From contig JAHLTZ010000020.1 in the NCBI GenBank assembly GCA_025786725.1, forward strand, positions 186,001 to 250,000: a DNA stretch of 64,000 nucleotides, in the 5' to 3' direction. This document shows positions 1 to 14,308 of the stretch, piece after piece; within the stretch, counting starts at the first letter, position 1, and the number at the start of each line of letters is the position of its first letter. This DNA is from Syncephalis fuscata S228. Lineage: Eukaryota; Fungi; Zoopagomycota. The translations under genes and the position numbers were made by a program. The notes beneath the pieces are model-generated. The model worked only from the letters and a program-made list of their open reading frames with translations, had not been told where the DNA came from and ran no database searches.

Positions 1-685
1 TTTTATACACAAAATATCACTGTTGTAATAATTGACTAGTGCCGATTGTCTAAAATAAAGTGTCAATGTCTGCATATTTAAATGACAATTTGCTAAATAA
101 ATGCACTAATACTATTCATTGCTACTGTATTAGATATAAATAAGTTGGAGATAAATTTTATTTATTTATTTAAGATTAATCAGAGCAAACAGAAGATGAA
201 TCATGTACTACTGTAATGATGCGTATCAATATTTCTATAATTAAAAGGATACAATCAACTTATGCACGGTAGTAGGTAGCTGTGAAGAAGTAAAGGTTTA
301 TATAGTAATGCTACCGTTGCATTGGTGTTCTAAGCTGTTTGAGATGCATGCAAGTATTGAGATTAGGATTATCGGCGAAAGTAACAATAAAGGCATAAAT
401 GTGCATCGTTATTGTTTCGGTAGAACTAATAGATTAATCAGCTTTGCATTGTTGAGCAGTGTAGAAACATTGAAAAAATAATCAATACATTTTATCAAGC
501 GCTTAATACTTCTCCTGATGTTACTTTTTTCCTATCTGCAAAGCTATTATATATATTGGAAATAATACATAGTCGTTTAATAAATATCAACCTTTTTACT
601 ACTTGATTTCGTTTTCAGCAATAGTCATCATTATATTCGTCCATATTGTTTATTTATTTGTTTGTGTAGGCAAATCACTATTAAC

Positions 686-1036
686 ATGAAACCTTCTATT
701 GCTGTTGTCTGCACCATCCTTGTGACTTTTGTGGCCGATACAGCCATGGTGGATGCTAAATCAGCTATGATTCGTCGTAGTATGTTGTAATTGCACCAGT
801 TTATTATTCAACTAATTAAATACTGTTTTTATTACCAAACTAACAATTTAGATCGTAAGTAATTTCATTAACAATTGATCATACGCTGCTTATACGTTAT
901 TTTCGCATGTATTTCATAATTTGTATTAATGTTGGTAAGTGGCATTGTATATTGCCTGTTATATATTAATATTATTATCTATGTCATATTTACTTATAAA
1001 CATAGAATAGGCATACTTCCAGGGCATTTGCATTGA
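686..1036 (+). CDS. Putative tiny secreted peptide gene (exon structure uncertain)
   Basis: ATG686 reads MKPSIAVVCTILVTFVADTAMVDA-KSAMIRR (signal-peptide-like). GTATGT donor at 780, TTTAG/ATC/GTAAGT 3-nt exon at 852-854, acceptor near 1005-1010. The 3' end is ambiguous. Confidence 0.35.
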
Positions 1037-1567
1037 CGGCTTAATTGAACTCCTATTCCAACATACTTTGGATATATATTTGGCAAAAACAAGACCATTC
1101 AACAACTGTTGTTTAGCCATTTATACACCAAGTTTCAGCCAATGTTCCAGTTTACTCGCCTTTTACTCAATGGCAGCATCATATTATAACATCTTGCAAT
1201 TGATGGTGTTTACTCGACTATGCAAGATTGTAGTAATAAAATCATGATTCCACTTAACTCACTTTGATCTAGTTATTGTAATTATACTCGTGTTTTATTT
1301 ATATTCAATGATTTATAAGTTATTCTGTATTAGTAATCGATATATATTAATATAATTGATGACAATACTATTATCAGTAGTATTGAAAATGATATAATAT
1401 ATTTGTCGATATTTACAATAAACAGCAACTAACTAGTAGCCATTACTACACTATAAATGAAGATTACACTAAACCAAACTACACTTCAATATATACCAAA
1501 CAAATAATATATTCAACAGCAAAAATATCATATTATACAGGAGTAGAAAAAACGAAAATAGTCCTCA

Positions 1568-4500
1568 TTACAACCAAGGACGGAATGAAGCATTATTATA
1601 ACTAGATGATGATGATGATGATGATGATGGTTGAGATAATACTATATCCTGTTGAGATGTATTCGTATTAAGCTGTTTAACACGATCTTGCTCTACTTGC
1701 TCCTCTGATTCATTCAAAGCATCTTGTTTTGACGTACTTTCTTCAACCAACGGAAAAGCATAGTCAGAGCCTTTCCTATTAATAGCCGCATGATTATCAC
1801 TATGCTTTTCATTCGGTGGCGAATTCGTCAAGGCTGGGGACGGCGGAGAGTCTATCGCACCCATAGGCAATCTTAGTAAGTGAGAAGGCTTTACTTTAGA
1901 TGATAGATTCACACTAACGTTTGAAGAGGTTGATGAAGACGGCGAATACGAAGAGCTATCACGACCCTCGATCATTGATGACTTATTCGCTAATTGCGTA
2001 TCATCGCCGTCATCATCAGCTTTACAACTACTCTCGATCTCGGACATCTGATCACTACTAGCACTATTACTATCACTTTCATTAGGTTGTTGTTGTTGTT
2101 GTTGTGATACAAATGACGCAGCCGATGCTAGAACCGACATCGATCCATCTTTACCCTCTGTCTTGCCCGTTGTTGCCGTTGTCTTCTTCTTTGCTGATCG
2201 ATCAGCTGCTGTCACTTTAAACGCTGCCCGTCGCGAACCACGAACCACATTAGGTAATGGGGTCGCCGGTGCAGCACTAAATCGACTCAAATTCGGTTCA
2301 GATTGGCGTCGCTGATACCTGGATGACTTGCTCGCCCATGGTGATGTCGATGGCGATGTATACTTCCACGATGATCTTAATTGTTGATCACCTGAAACCG
2401 CAGTCGATGAAGGGGTCATAGCTGGTTTATTCGCCATACGATGTCCATTATTACCATTCTCTTCAATAACTGTTAATGATGGTCGAGGCGATGTACTAGC
2501 CGGTATACTTGATGATGTCATTACTCGATTGGGATAATAGTAATAGGGTGGTGGATGTGGATGTGACATAGTCCCTTCATAATAAACGGGTCCTTGGGGT
2601 GTTAGTGGTAGAGAGGCACCACTATGAGGTGGATGCGGCAACTGTGGTGGTAGACAAGCAGTCATAGGTGATGGATAAGGTATCATCATATAACCTGGTG
2701 GTGGCATAGGCATAGGCATAGGCATAGCTCTAGACGGAATACCTTCTAGTGATGGATGTCGTCGATGTCCCATTACTCTACTAGGTCGAGGTTGTTGTTG
2801 ATCCATTACATAAGGTGTAGTAGCAACAACACCAACACCACTATGTCGTCTAGTATGGCCGGCAACGGGTGATGGTGGTATATCTACACCGGCCGGTGGT
2901 CCATGGGGTCGATATCCACTCGGGGGTGGCAATAGTGTAGGTGACACACCAATCGCCTCATTATAACTACCACTACTAGTAGATGATGATGATGGTGGTG
3001 GTGGTCCTACAGGCCCTGAAGGTCGATAGAACATAGGTGAGACAGGTGCAGATAGTAATGGTGATGGGCCATAGTAATTAGGAGGGGGTGCCATAGTGTA
3101 GTTAGCCGATGTAGGAGAAGGTAGAGGTGGTGGTAGCACTCGTCCATACAGTAATGGATGTTGAGGCGGTGTAGCTGTTGTAGCAGAATGTGGTGGTGGT
3201 GGTAGATGTGATGGATAGTGTAGATGTTCAGGAAAAGTGCCTGTTAATGGTGCAGTTAATGGACCTCTATTATAATAATAAGGATGATGCTGATGATGAT
3301 GGGATGCAGTGCCAGGTGAGTGTAATGGATATCGATATGGATAAACACCACTATTTTTACCAGAACTACTACCACTACTGTGATCACCACCACCCTCCAT
3401 CATCATCATATAGTGTGATGACATGGCAGGTTGATAGGGAATAGCTTGAATAGGTGGTGGTCGAGTACCACCAGTATTAGTATTAATGGCAGTGGCAGTG
3501 GCAGTGGTATGGGTGGTTATCATTGGTGTAACCGAGTTCTGTAAGGATCGGTTGTGCATCGATAAAACGGGACTGGCCGAATAAAGAGACTGATCCGAGG
3601 GAAGTTCAACCTCCTCTTCACCTTTATTATTATTATTCATAGCATGTGTATGAGTATCGTCATCTGTATCACTACAATCAATATCATGACGTCGATGATA
3701 GTTTAGTCTTTCTTTTCCGTCTGTTTCTTCTTCATCCATGGTCATCATAGTGGCGTGGACGCGTTTACTTGGATGAGAGGCTACTGGTTTACCACTAGCA
3801 TTGAATCGAGTAGGTACAAATTGGAATTGAATAGGCCTAGCCGATGGAGAAGGAGAAGCAGAAGCAGATAATGGATCAGCAGTATTACTAGTTGTGGTTG
3901 CTGTTGTTGTTGCTGTAGTAGTCACTGTTAAATGTCGAGGCCGTTTACTAGGAGATAATCGCTCTTCTGGTCCAATATCATCTTGTCTTGAATAGTTCAT
4001 GTCATCACCTTCATGAGAATAGTTTACTGGATATTGTTGTTGTTCCTTTTCTCTTAATCGTAATCGATTGACTTTAGCTCGTCTATTTTGAAACCATACC
4101 TAAATAGATAATTAGTATTTATATGTATGTATATATGTATTAACATCTTTTTTACTTACTTGAATTTCTCTGTTGCTCATATCTAGTCGTTGGGCAAGTG
4201 ATTCTCTTAAATCCCATCCTGGTGTGTCTGAATGTTGAAAGGCCGCAGTTAATTCACGCAATTGTTCTGGATTAACACGACGGCGTCTCTTCTTTTCAGC
4301 ATTACTTTCGACTGCCACCATCGTGATATCTTTATGATAAGTAGATGATGATGATGATGGTTGTTGTTGTTGTTCTATATCTTGTGATATAGATGAACAA
4401 GTTGATCCAGATGAGGATGAAATAGTACCAATAGATTGAGCTCTCATTGTAGGTGATAGACTACTTGGTGGGTTTTCACTCTTCTCTTCCCATGGCTTAT

Positions 4501-5254
4501 CGGTGGTATGAGATGACTGTCTGGACAGAGTAGCTGGTCTACGTTTTTGACGACGACGGGTCAAGTTTAATCGACGTTGTTGAGTCTCTGGTGTTGTTTG
4601 AATAAAGGTAAGGCCATTTGTAGTCGTGGTAAGTGTAGTACTAACAGGTGCATCAGATAAAATAGCCGGTACAGGTATACGATAAGACATTTCAGTTGTA
4701 GTATTCGTAGTAGGTGTAGATAATTTAAATGGTGATGATGTAGATAGTTGTGGTGATTTAGACGGTAATAGTTGTGGTGTTACTGTCTTATCATCTTCAG
4801 TTACAATGACTGTTCTATCGGACATCATTGTACCACTTGCCGTGCTCATCCAATAGACTTTCTTTTCTCCCTCTTCTTCTTCCTCTTCTTCCTCTTGTTC
4901 ATTGGCCTTTGTTGATTTAAATGGCTCTTTGTTGGATTGACTTTGCATTGCATCGCTTTGTTGATGATCTGCTTGATTATTGTCGTCCTTTTCGTTTAAA
5001 TCCAATGGGTCATTTTCATGGTTATCATTTTCATCCAGAACAATGTCGGTTGGTGGTTGTTTAAATGGACTGGCCATATCCAATGATAGCTGTTCAAATA
5101 AACACTTTCTAGGATCTGGCATAGGTTCATTTGCTTCTATTGGTAGTGACGATGATTCATCGGTTATATCCATTGCTGTCTTAGATAATGTTGAGTGTTC
5201 AACTGTTTTAGACTCTTGTATTGACGATTTAGTCGTCTCAATTGGTAGATCCAT
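1568..5254 (-). CDS. Homeodomain transcription factor (~1200 aa, long Ser/Thr/Pro-rich disordered regions)
   Basis: ORFs 4112-5320 and 1568-4000 join through a 60-nt GT-AG intron (4100-4159), giving KKRRRRVNPEQLRELTAAFQHSDTPGWDLRESLAQRLDMSNREIQ|VWFQNRRAK, a canonical homeodomain with the WFQNRR helix 3. Confidence 0.9.
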
Positions 5255-6946
5255 AGTAAAAAAATAAAGACAAAAAGCAAACAAACAAACAAACAAACAA
5301 ACAAATAAACAGATGGACAAAATAAAATGGCAAGTGTGAATATAAATGATCCGTATAAAAGTGTCTAAATAGAGTAGTCATTAATTAGCTATTATTACAA
5401 TTATTGTCCCCATTTAATATGATATTACTACTATTATCATTACTATCAATAGAATCGATACTATTGACATTCTATATAGAATGTGTTAATGGGAATATGA
5501 ATCATTATTAAATGAACATACAACTCCGTTATTATTAATCACATCGATATCAAGTAATAATGGTTTGCCAAGAACACATACTATTTGGGTAATCCTATTT
5601 ACTTACCAATAGAAGATTTTGTTTTTCTCTTTTTCTCGCTTATCCTTTTATTGTAGTCGTAGTCGTAGTAGTAATAGTAGTGGTAGAAGTAGAGAAAAGA
5701 TAGCTGCTGTTATCACTAAAGTGTAGTAACGGTAACGGTAACAATAACTATAGTTGTAGTTATGTTTCTTTTTGTTATTTCTGCTTCACTTTCTGCTTCT
5801 GCTAATTTGGTTATGTTGAATGGTCGTTAATAATCGTCACCAGTGTGTGTGTGTGTGTGCGTTAAATAAACCACTGTAGGCCTTTTACTTGTACACGTCC
5901 ACCAACTAGGCACCGGAAACGTAATCGTCGTTAAAGTTAAAAGATAAAAAGAAAAAAGTTAATGTTAACAGATAAACACGCTGTCCACGCTTATAACTAA
6001 CTAACCACGACAAATATACACTTTTAACAAACGAGTATGGTTAATATAAACGATAAATGGACAAATAGTAAGAATGAGAACTAGAGTGGTGGAACGAGTA
6101 TAAAAAAGGAAATGGCAGCCTAATGGCAATCTCCAAATAAAAAGACTACAGGTGGTACATGTACCTCAAACGGTAATCTGAAGTAATAAAAGAAAAAAGA
6201 GAATATAAGCTGGTGTGTTGTTGCTGTTGTTGTTAGTAGAGCAATCGTCGCTTTAGTCGTAGATTGGTGATGCTGGTGGTGGCAATAATAGTGACAATAG
6301 AAGTAATAGCCGTAAAAGTAATGTTGCAGTGCAGTAAAAGTAAACGACCATGCGATGGGAAGACCAAAAGACGTAACGGACATGCAGACCCTCATTACCC
6401 ACACAGTAAGGAAAGTAATTGAGCGGCCGCCTTCATCTAATTGGATTCACTTTGAAACTTTAATGCTACCGCGTGTGATAGATTAATTAATTGGTTAATA
6501 TTGTTTCTATCGTTTTTAGCCTCATTTACCCGTTCACTTGTAGACGAGTATTTGATTCATCGTTATCTATATTTAGATAAAGAATAAATGGGCTTACAGT
6601 TATGGAAATATGATTTTCAGATAATTGTCACGTGTGAGTACAAGTAACGAACGTGAACACTGACAACGACTACAGTGACTATACTATTTATTCATATACA
6701 TTACATGGTTAGATTATGAATAGTGTTGATGCATGGGAAGTATTAATTCGCTGTATAAATTATGTTTTAGTGCATTAATTAATTAAATGGTGATTGGTTT
6801 AAGCTTTTTATTTTTAATTAAAGGATGTGTTGTGCTAATCAAAGTAAAACATAAAAATTAATTAGTGTTTATTTAGTAAACATGTTTCAATTACATGTGC
6901 ACACACACACACAAATGATTGACATAATGACAATGACAGAATGATA

Positions 6947-8227
6947 TTAATTCATTATCTTAGTGTTACTATTAAGTAGAAGCTGAGGCTGAAGGACCAC
7001 AGTACCCTGTTGGTTACTGCTTGATGGTTGTCCTAAACGAACACCTTGGCCAGGGAATTTATTAGCCTCAGAGGATGAAGCATTGTTATTGTTGTTGTTT
7101 GGCGATGAGGCAGCAAATGGATTACTAATTAAAGTTATTAACAATAAATTACTACTATTATTACTATATTAAAACCATTTACCTCAAGTATCTGTTTTCA
7201 TTGGCTGTAGCTGGGTCAACATCACCTGAATGAACAGGTAGCCATGCAAGTCCATCGGTTTCAGCCTTGACATATCGTCGCATCCTTGTCAAGGATTGGA
7301 GCCAGCTTAGATTCTCTAATCGTTCAAAGTGATAGGCCCTAGGTATTACATAGCGTAACAGTCCATAGGCATCTGAACATTGACGGTTAATTATGATACT
7401 ATTCAATAAACGATAGCTTACATAGATAGCCGGCTAACATGCCTGTAAAGTGGCCCCAAAATGAAGCATTAGGAAATAGAATGGTCACCACTAGTAGCAT
7501 AAAAATTGGAAATAGCTGTGATGGCACCGTAAATAAACCGAAAAAGCTAAATAAGGATAATCATTATAAATTATTTATAATAGAGTAATATGTTCGCTAC
7601 TGACCTGCGTGATCCATAACGTTTGGCTTCCCATACAATAAGGGCGAATATCCATCCACTGCTACCGGCAACAATGGTGTCAGATAGAGCGCTATCGCCT
7701 ACAGATAGGGCGACATAGCCCAGCCCAGGCAAGATAGAAAAGGTGACAATAAGTAGATAGGCAGTTTGCAGCGTGCCTACAGCCGATTCTAATAACGACA
7801 ATAAAGGAACAAGACCCAGTAGATTAAGCAGCAAATGACCCAAGCGTAAATGAATCCATGGAAATGTCACAAGTCGATAAACTGTTTATATTGAATTAGA
7901 ATACAAATACAAAATCTGTCAGTATAATGTATCTACTATGAATGCAGCAATGACAACAACAATAGCAATTACGAGTCTAGTAGACTACTTACCCTCCCAT
8001 TGTAGAATATGATTGGGCCATAAGCCTAGTTTTGAAGCGGCAGCCTCCCAAGACAATACACGAACGGCAAACGTATCAGCTACATAGATGAGCGTCATCC
8101 ATATTGCTATGCTAATACATAAAAGCGGCAACGATTGGATATAAACACCTAGTCCCGATAGTAATGCAGCTGGATGGACGGCGTGACGTAGTCCGCCCGA
8201 TATGCTAGCCGTCTGAGGTGAAGGCAT
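6947..8227 (-). CDS. RBD2: Rhomboid intramembrane serine protease, Rbd2/RHBDL4-like, with C-terminal SHP box
   Basis: Multi-exon hydrophobic protein with the catalytic GSSG motif (VAGSSGWIFAL), the His motif PNASFWGHFTGMLAGYL, and FPGQGVRLG in the last exon. Confidence 0.8.
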
Positions 8228-8493
8228 AGCGATGAAGGTGTGAATTCAATACGGATTCGCAACGCTGATGCAATAGAGTAAGCGTGGTAAGCTAAAGAGA
8301 GGAAGAGGAAGGACAACTATGACTAATGGCCGCTGTTTAGACCAGAGTTAAAGAAAATAAGGAGTAAGTGTAGAGGCAAGTTGTTAAGAAAGAGTCTTCT
8401 ATTTGACTATCATCTATAAACACGTAATTATTGCCGGTTCCGGCTATGTTTTATTATTGGCTGTTCATTATTTATTGATATAAATCAGACCAA

Positions 8494-9825
8494 TTAAAGC
8501 TTTTGTTCATTATTGTGTTGTTCAATGGAGAGTGTTTGTGAAAGTAGACCGGTCTGACCAGGAAGTAGAGACTGATAATTGCGTACATGGCCTACTTCTA
8601 CACAGATGAATTCACCTTCGGCTCCAGGATGTAAATCGGCCATGGCAGCTGCTTTCTCTTGTGCAGGATTCCACACCACTATAAATAATCAACAGGGTTA
8701 TCGTTACTCGTTCACATTTATATTTATATCTGGAGACAATACTTGCCAACATCAGTGCCGCCTTCACGCTGCATATGAATTGATGGACCATGGTCATTAT
8801 GAATGCCTACAGCGTGATCAAAGGAGACATCTTGATAGACACGGTCAGTCTCGCCAGTAATACGCGTTTCAGCCGTATCCTGAACACATGTTGGTGTGCC
8901 GTCAATGACTTTATCGACATAGGATTGACCAGATAGGCCAGTTACGCCAACATGAGTAATATCTGGCACATGGAAATAAGTATGTAGTAATGCTTGGTAA
9001 TCAAAGGCCCGTCCGCCATCATTAAGGCTTTTCTCGCCATTCCAAATGACTAGCTTTGTTGTTAGTCGACTTTCTTTATTATCATCTGCTTTAGTAAGGG
9101 TAACTAGGTAGGATAGTCGGAAAACATATGGGAATATGGTTCGCTGTTCTTCAGTTAGATCATGTTCGGTAATATCTATAGGATAGACATTTTAGTAAAA
9201 TATAGTAATATTAGTATATAATGCACTATTAATTGCCAACTATAAAGCGATAAGTAGCTTGTAATGCTACTTACAAAAATTGACCTGAACTGCTTGTTCA
9301 TCATCTTGTCGGTTTTCTCTTGCCACCAGCGTGTATTACGTGCAAATCCTACAGATATTATTATAATAAACTCTGTAATAACAAGAGTAATAATAACAAA
9401 TTTACCATGTTGTGGAAATTGACCATATGGATGCTTTGGATCAGAGGCTTTACCAAACTGTGGAAATACTAGTGGAATACTAGCAAACAAGCAGGCAATA
9501 ACATAGATATCGTCGGTGTTTATAGATATATAGATAGATAGATATAAACATGTATAGCAACTCTTTCTACTTACCCGCCTCGAATAGCTTTGCTGCCATC
9601 CAGTATAGCGGTTTTACTATAGTAAATATCATTTTAGATAAAAGTAATATTAGTTTGTCATAATATGTTATTGGCACAACTCTACCTTAAAAATAAACGC
9701 TCTTTACCGGCTGAATGCCAACTAATGATCGTCGCGCCAAAGAGGTGGACGGTTACTGAATTGTCAGTGTTGGCAGTGCCTAGTTGCAATAGAACACGCG
9801 AGTCATCCAATTGAGTTACTGGCAT
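8494..9825 (-). CDS. Glucose-6-phosphate 1-epimerase (aldose 1-epimerase family, YMR099C-like)
   Basis: Spliced motifs VHLFGATIISW, LDGSKAIRGG|IPLVFPQFG, PQHG|FARN, YQALLHTYF, GETDRVY, VVWNP, FICVEVG. One apparent frameshift near 9325. Confidence 0.9.
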
Positions 9826-11046
9826 TTTAGAAAGTGTCAATACAACAAAGGAGAAGAAATAAGCAAGAGCTGACGTCAGCAACGGCCAGTCTGTATAAAT
9901 AGTTAAATTTCACAACACATTTTTAACACTTTTAAATATAAATAATTGCTTTATACAACACTAATTATATTTGTTAAGACATAGCTAGTGTAGATTGGTG
10001 TATTGAAAATTATAAATGGTATTTAGTATGCTATCTTTTATACAACTAAACCAATAAAATGTTATATATTATGGCAATTGTATTACAAGTTGTATGCTTA
10101 TGCTGATTATATGATGTTTTGACACCAAATTATGAGTTGCTATTTAACTGGTATATTAATGAGTCTTCAGTATTATTTGCTCAAATTGACTCTAGCAAAA
10201 GTACAGCTTTGTTCTTTATTGCTTCGTGCTTATTTGCCGCGTGATTGATTAAACCGTGTTCTAGATTGACAGTGGCTGTTTTTTGTTCATTTCCATTACT
10301 CTGCAATATGTTTGGCAGTGGATGTTCAACTGGAACGGCCATAATGTCCAAGATCGACATAAAGGCTGATGACTACGCAATTATCATGCACCACCAAATG
10401 CATCATTCTCGTAACTAAACTAAATAGTGCTAGCTATATTTATGTTAAATAAACAAATAATAACTTGCTATATCCTAGTCTTATTAACACGACATACTGT
10501 ATACGTATTGCATGTAAATACTAACTTTTGTCATTGCATGAAATTAATCAAGTCAAGGCCAAGTCTTAGTATGTCCCTGATAAGAGGTCGCAAGAAATTG
10601 TTCTATTTTTATTTGCACCTTGATTGGATACATAGACAACTCTACGAGTCATGCTAGCACTATATTACTAAAACAGGACTAAATATCGGCAAAATCAAAA
10701 AAGGCGAAATACGTTACTGTTCGCGCACAGTTTGCGGTTCTGTAGATGCAAGCAAATTAATTGGCCTGAATTGACAAACGCTTTTCTTACCAGGAACGGC
10801 ATGCATATTCAGTTATTGCATCAAACAGAACTTATCTGTCAATAGTCGCAATCTCATATAAAAATACATACCCCTTTCTCGTTCACTATACCCACAGTTT
10901 TCCATATTACAACACATTGATTTACATCGTTATATCGCCAATAGCTATTTAAATCGATGTACTCTTCGCTTAAAGTGCCATTTCTAAAACATACTAGTAA
11001 GGTGTACCTGGGTTTAGCAAAGCACTGTTTGCACACGAAACCCACC

Positions 11047-12633
11047 ATGGATTTGAATATTCCACCTCAGGTATGTTTATCCATAAACAACATGTTACTT
11101 ATGATATATAATATACTACTCTAGACTGACTGTTATCTTGCAAAACAAACGGGCACTTGGTTATGACGCTTAATCGTCCCAAAGTATTCAATGCACTAAC
11201 TTTGCAGATGATATGTGATATTAGAACACATCTTTTGGTAAAAAATAGCAAAAACAAAGCATTGAAACACGCTTTTATTAATACTAAATAATAATAGGAA
11301 TTTGAACAATTAAATGCCAATAAATTGGTTTTAATGAAATCAAGTCACCCCAAGATATTTTGTTCAGGCGGAGATATTAAAGGTAATACTAATTACACAG
11401 TTGCAATTATAGTAATGATGTAAAAAGATACACTGAAGAAACTGAAAATCGGAGACCCGACAGCTTTTGGCTATGCTCGAGAACAATACCAGCTTAATCA
11501 TCTTATCGGTACATTAAAAAAGCCATATGTTGCTATAATTGATGGCTATACCAGTAAGTAATTATTAAAGGCTGTATATCGTATTAATGGTGTTATTACA
11601 TAGTGGGTAGTGGAATAGGATTATCGGTCCATGCACCGTTCAGAATTAGCACTGAAAATACAGTGATTGCAATGCCTGAGACAAGATAGGTTATTTTCCT
11701 GATGTCGGTAGCGGCTTCTTCTTGCCTCGTATGGATGGAGAAATCGGCATCTATTTGGGTCTCACCGGTGCTCGACTTACAGGCGAGGATGCATTGTGCG
11801 TGTAAAAGCTAGCTTGTATAAACAGTCGGTTAACATCGTGATTAGACATGCTGGATTTGCTACACACCACGTGCAGTCCAAACAGCTGCCTGAATTAGAA
11901 AATGCACTTATTAGTTTAGCATCTGCTGACATCGAATCTGTTCAAGCAACAATCGAGAGGTTTTCAGCCAAGTCTACTGAAAAGCCGTACTCACTTGAAC
12001 CTCATCGCGCAGCCATCGATCGGTAATTAATATTGCATTAAGTCATTACTTTATTAACATGTGTGCTGTGCAGTTGTTTTAAATTTGAGTGCTTGAAGGA
12101 AATCTGCAAGGCTCTGGAAAATGAAAATACGCCATGGGCTAAAGCAACACTCGAAATGTTACATCAAATGTCACCAACTAGCACTCAGGTAATTAACAAG
12201 CAAATTACACAACTGAAATTTAATCTGCATTTTAGGTGGGGTTATTGCATTTGCGTGCGGCTAGAAGCATGAGTTTTGCGGAGGAAATAATAAATGAATA
12301 CGATTTAGCTCAAAAATGCCTGGTGAGTTGGTGTGAATTACTATAAAAAAGCTTTAATTAATCAAACAAAAGCCATATCCCGACTTTTGTGAAGGCGTCA
12401 CAGCACTACTGGTGGAGAAGCGACCAGCAGTCTGGTCACCTGCCACCATTGCCGACTTGTCTCTAGAACATATCAAGCAAGAGTATTTTATTAAAAGATC
12501 AGCTGAAAAGCTGGTTTTGCTAAACGACTGTGACTATAAGCAGTATCCCTATGCTAGAATGGGATCGAATAGCAAGAATTCTGTATTGCAGCTATCGCCA
12601 AAACATAAAAGAAATGCGCAAGCCAATCTTTAA
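11047..12633 (+). CDS. 3-hydroxyisobutyryl-CoA hydrolase (crotonase family, HIBCH/EHD3-like), copy 1
   Basis: [60 protein letters not shown]. Two 1-nt deletions (CC read as C) near 11130 and 11682 relative to copy 2. Confidence 0.85.
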
Positions 12634-14308
12634 CAACTATATGTAATAAAACAGCTTTTTACAAACCTGTATTTTTATTATTGTCAGCAATAATTTTAAG
12701 ATAGCTATAAGCTTTAAAGCTGTGATGGTATATTGCTATTATAATATGATATGCTTATCGCTGGCTAAGCGATTACATCTGTTTTGAATATAACTCGAGA
12801 TATAGCTGCAAACTATATATATACAAATCTTTAATACGTTAGATTTAAATACAAGTAATCGACTTATATATTACTAATCATATTTATTAAAATATAACTA
12901 AGAGCAATTTTGAAAAATGTTTATTTTTAAATTTTTTCATAATAAATTACAATTTTAAATAAGCATAAATAAAATTATTAAATTATTAAATCTTTTTATT
13001 AAGAAAATCTACCAAATATCTACTGAACTATTTAAAAAAGTTATATTTATTAGTATCGAAGGGCTAAAGGTTGCCATTGACGAGTTTAAGCTTTTTAACA
13101 ATTGTAAATGATGTTGCTGCATTCTCAAATGTAAAACCAAAAAATGTACAAGTAAAGTATCAAGTGCTTATTTGATTATTTATTATACACTTACTTGTAA
13201 TAAAATGATGTAATATTGATTAATTAACTAAAGGAAGAAAAGAAATAGAATTAGTAGCTTAATCAAATGTTTTAATATTAATTTAATAAAAATATTATTA
13301 GCATCAAATGATTTTAACTTTTAATAGTAGCTTAGATTAACATATTTATAACAAAAGTCGTAATTGTATAAATTTGATAATAAGCTAAAATGAATTGGAT
13401 TATAAAAGTCATAATTATTATGATTTGCGTAACAGTATTATGCATTTAAAATATTATTGAATAATAAAAGCTAAAAAGCTAAAAATCCCTGATGGAAAAA
13501 ATTGCCTAATGAGAAAAAAGTTAATTACAATAAATGCAACAATTTTAATTTGAAACTGCTTATTTACGTAGCTTAGTTAATTGTAGCAATGTTAACAACA
13601 ATGCTAATCGTGGTTTATTTGTTAAAAGACTTTCAACAATACACTTGTGGTAAATGCATTTAAAAAACACAATACAAAATATGCTACGTAAAAATTAGCA
13701 CTAATAATGTTAAAGCAAACGTTTTTATTAAAGAGCAAATACAAACTAATAATGAAATAGCTATAAAAAAGAAGCGTGTCATTAAAGAGTATTCAAGCCA
13801 CGGCAAACTTTATTACAAGAAAACGAGGTGTGATGTAAATAAAGAATGATTTAATTAATAAAAATTTAAAAAATTTACATGCAGAACATTTTTCTAATTA
13901 AAATTAAAAACGGTGTATTTTCAAAATTCTCCATTAAATATTGGTAAAATCAAAAAGCAAAGACAGAGTATGACACTGTACGTGCATATTCTACAGTTTT
14001 ACAGATGCAAGAAAGTTAATTGGTTCAAATCAGCAAAGGTTTTTCTATCTGCCTATGGATGGCACACATATTACTAGTTATTACATTGAATATAGCCCAT
14101 CCACCAATAGTTACAGTTTCATATCTAAATAAATATCCTTTTCTCATTCAATGCGTTTACAGCTCTTTATATTACAACTCTTTATTCTCGTTTCTATATC
14201 ATTGATAGCTATTCAAGTTTATGTATTTGCCGTTAATAGTGTCTTTTCAAACATACCAATAAAGTATACCTAAGTCTAGCAAAGTAGTATATGCACACGA
14301 AACCCGCC

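Noticed and set aside
3190-5267. Plus-strand ORFs 3190-3444 and 4980-5267 and similar antisense ORFs (23879-24228, 26653-26988, 28665-29084, 34630-35103, 61672-62235)
   Set aside because: Shadow frames of real genes on the opposite strand, arising from low-complexity codons; no motifs.
12812-13935. Extremely AT-rich spacer between the HIBCH copies as a centromere or TE
   Set aside because: No repeats, ORF relics or terminal structures recognisable; AT richness alone is not evidence.
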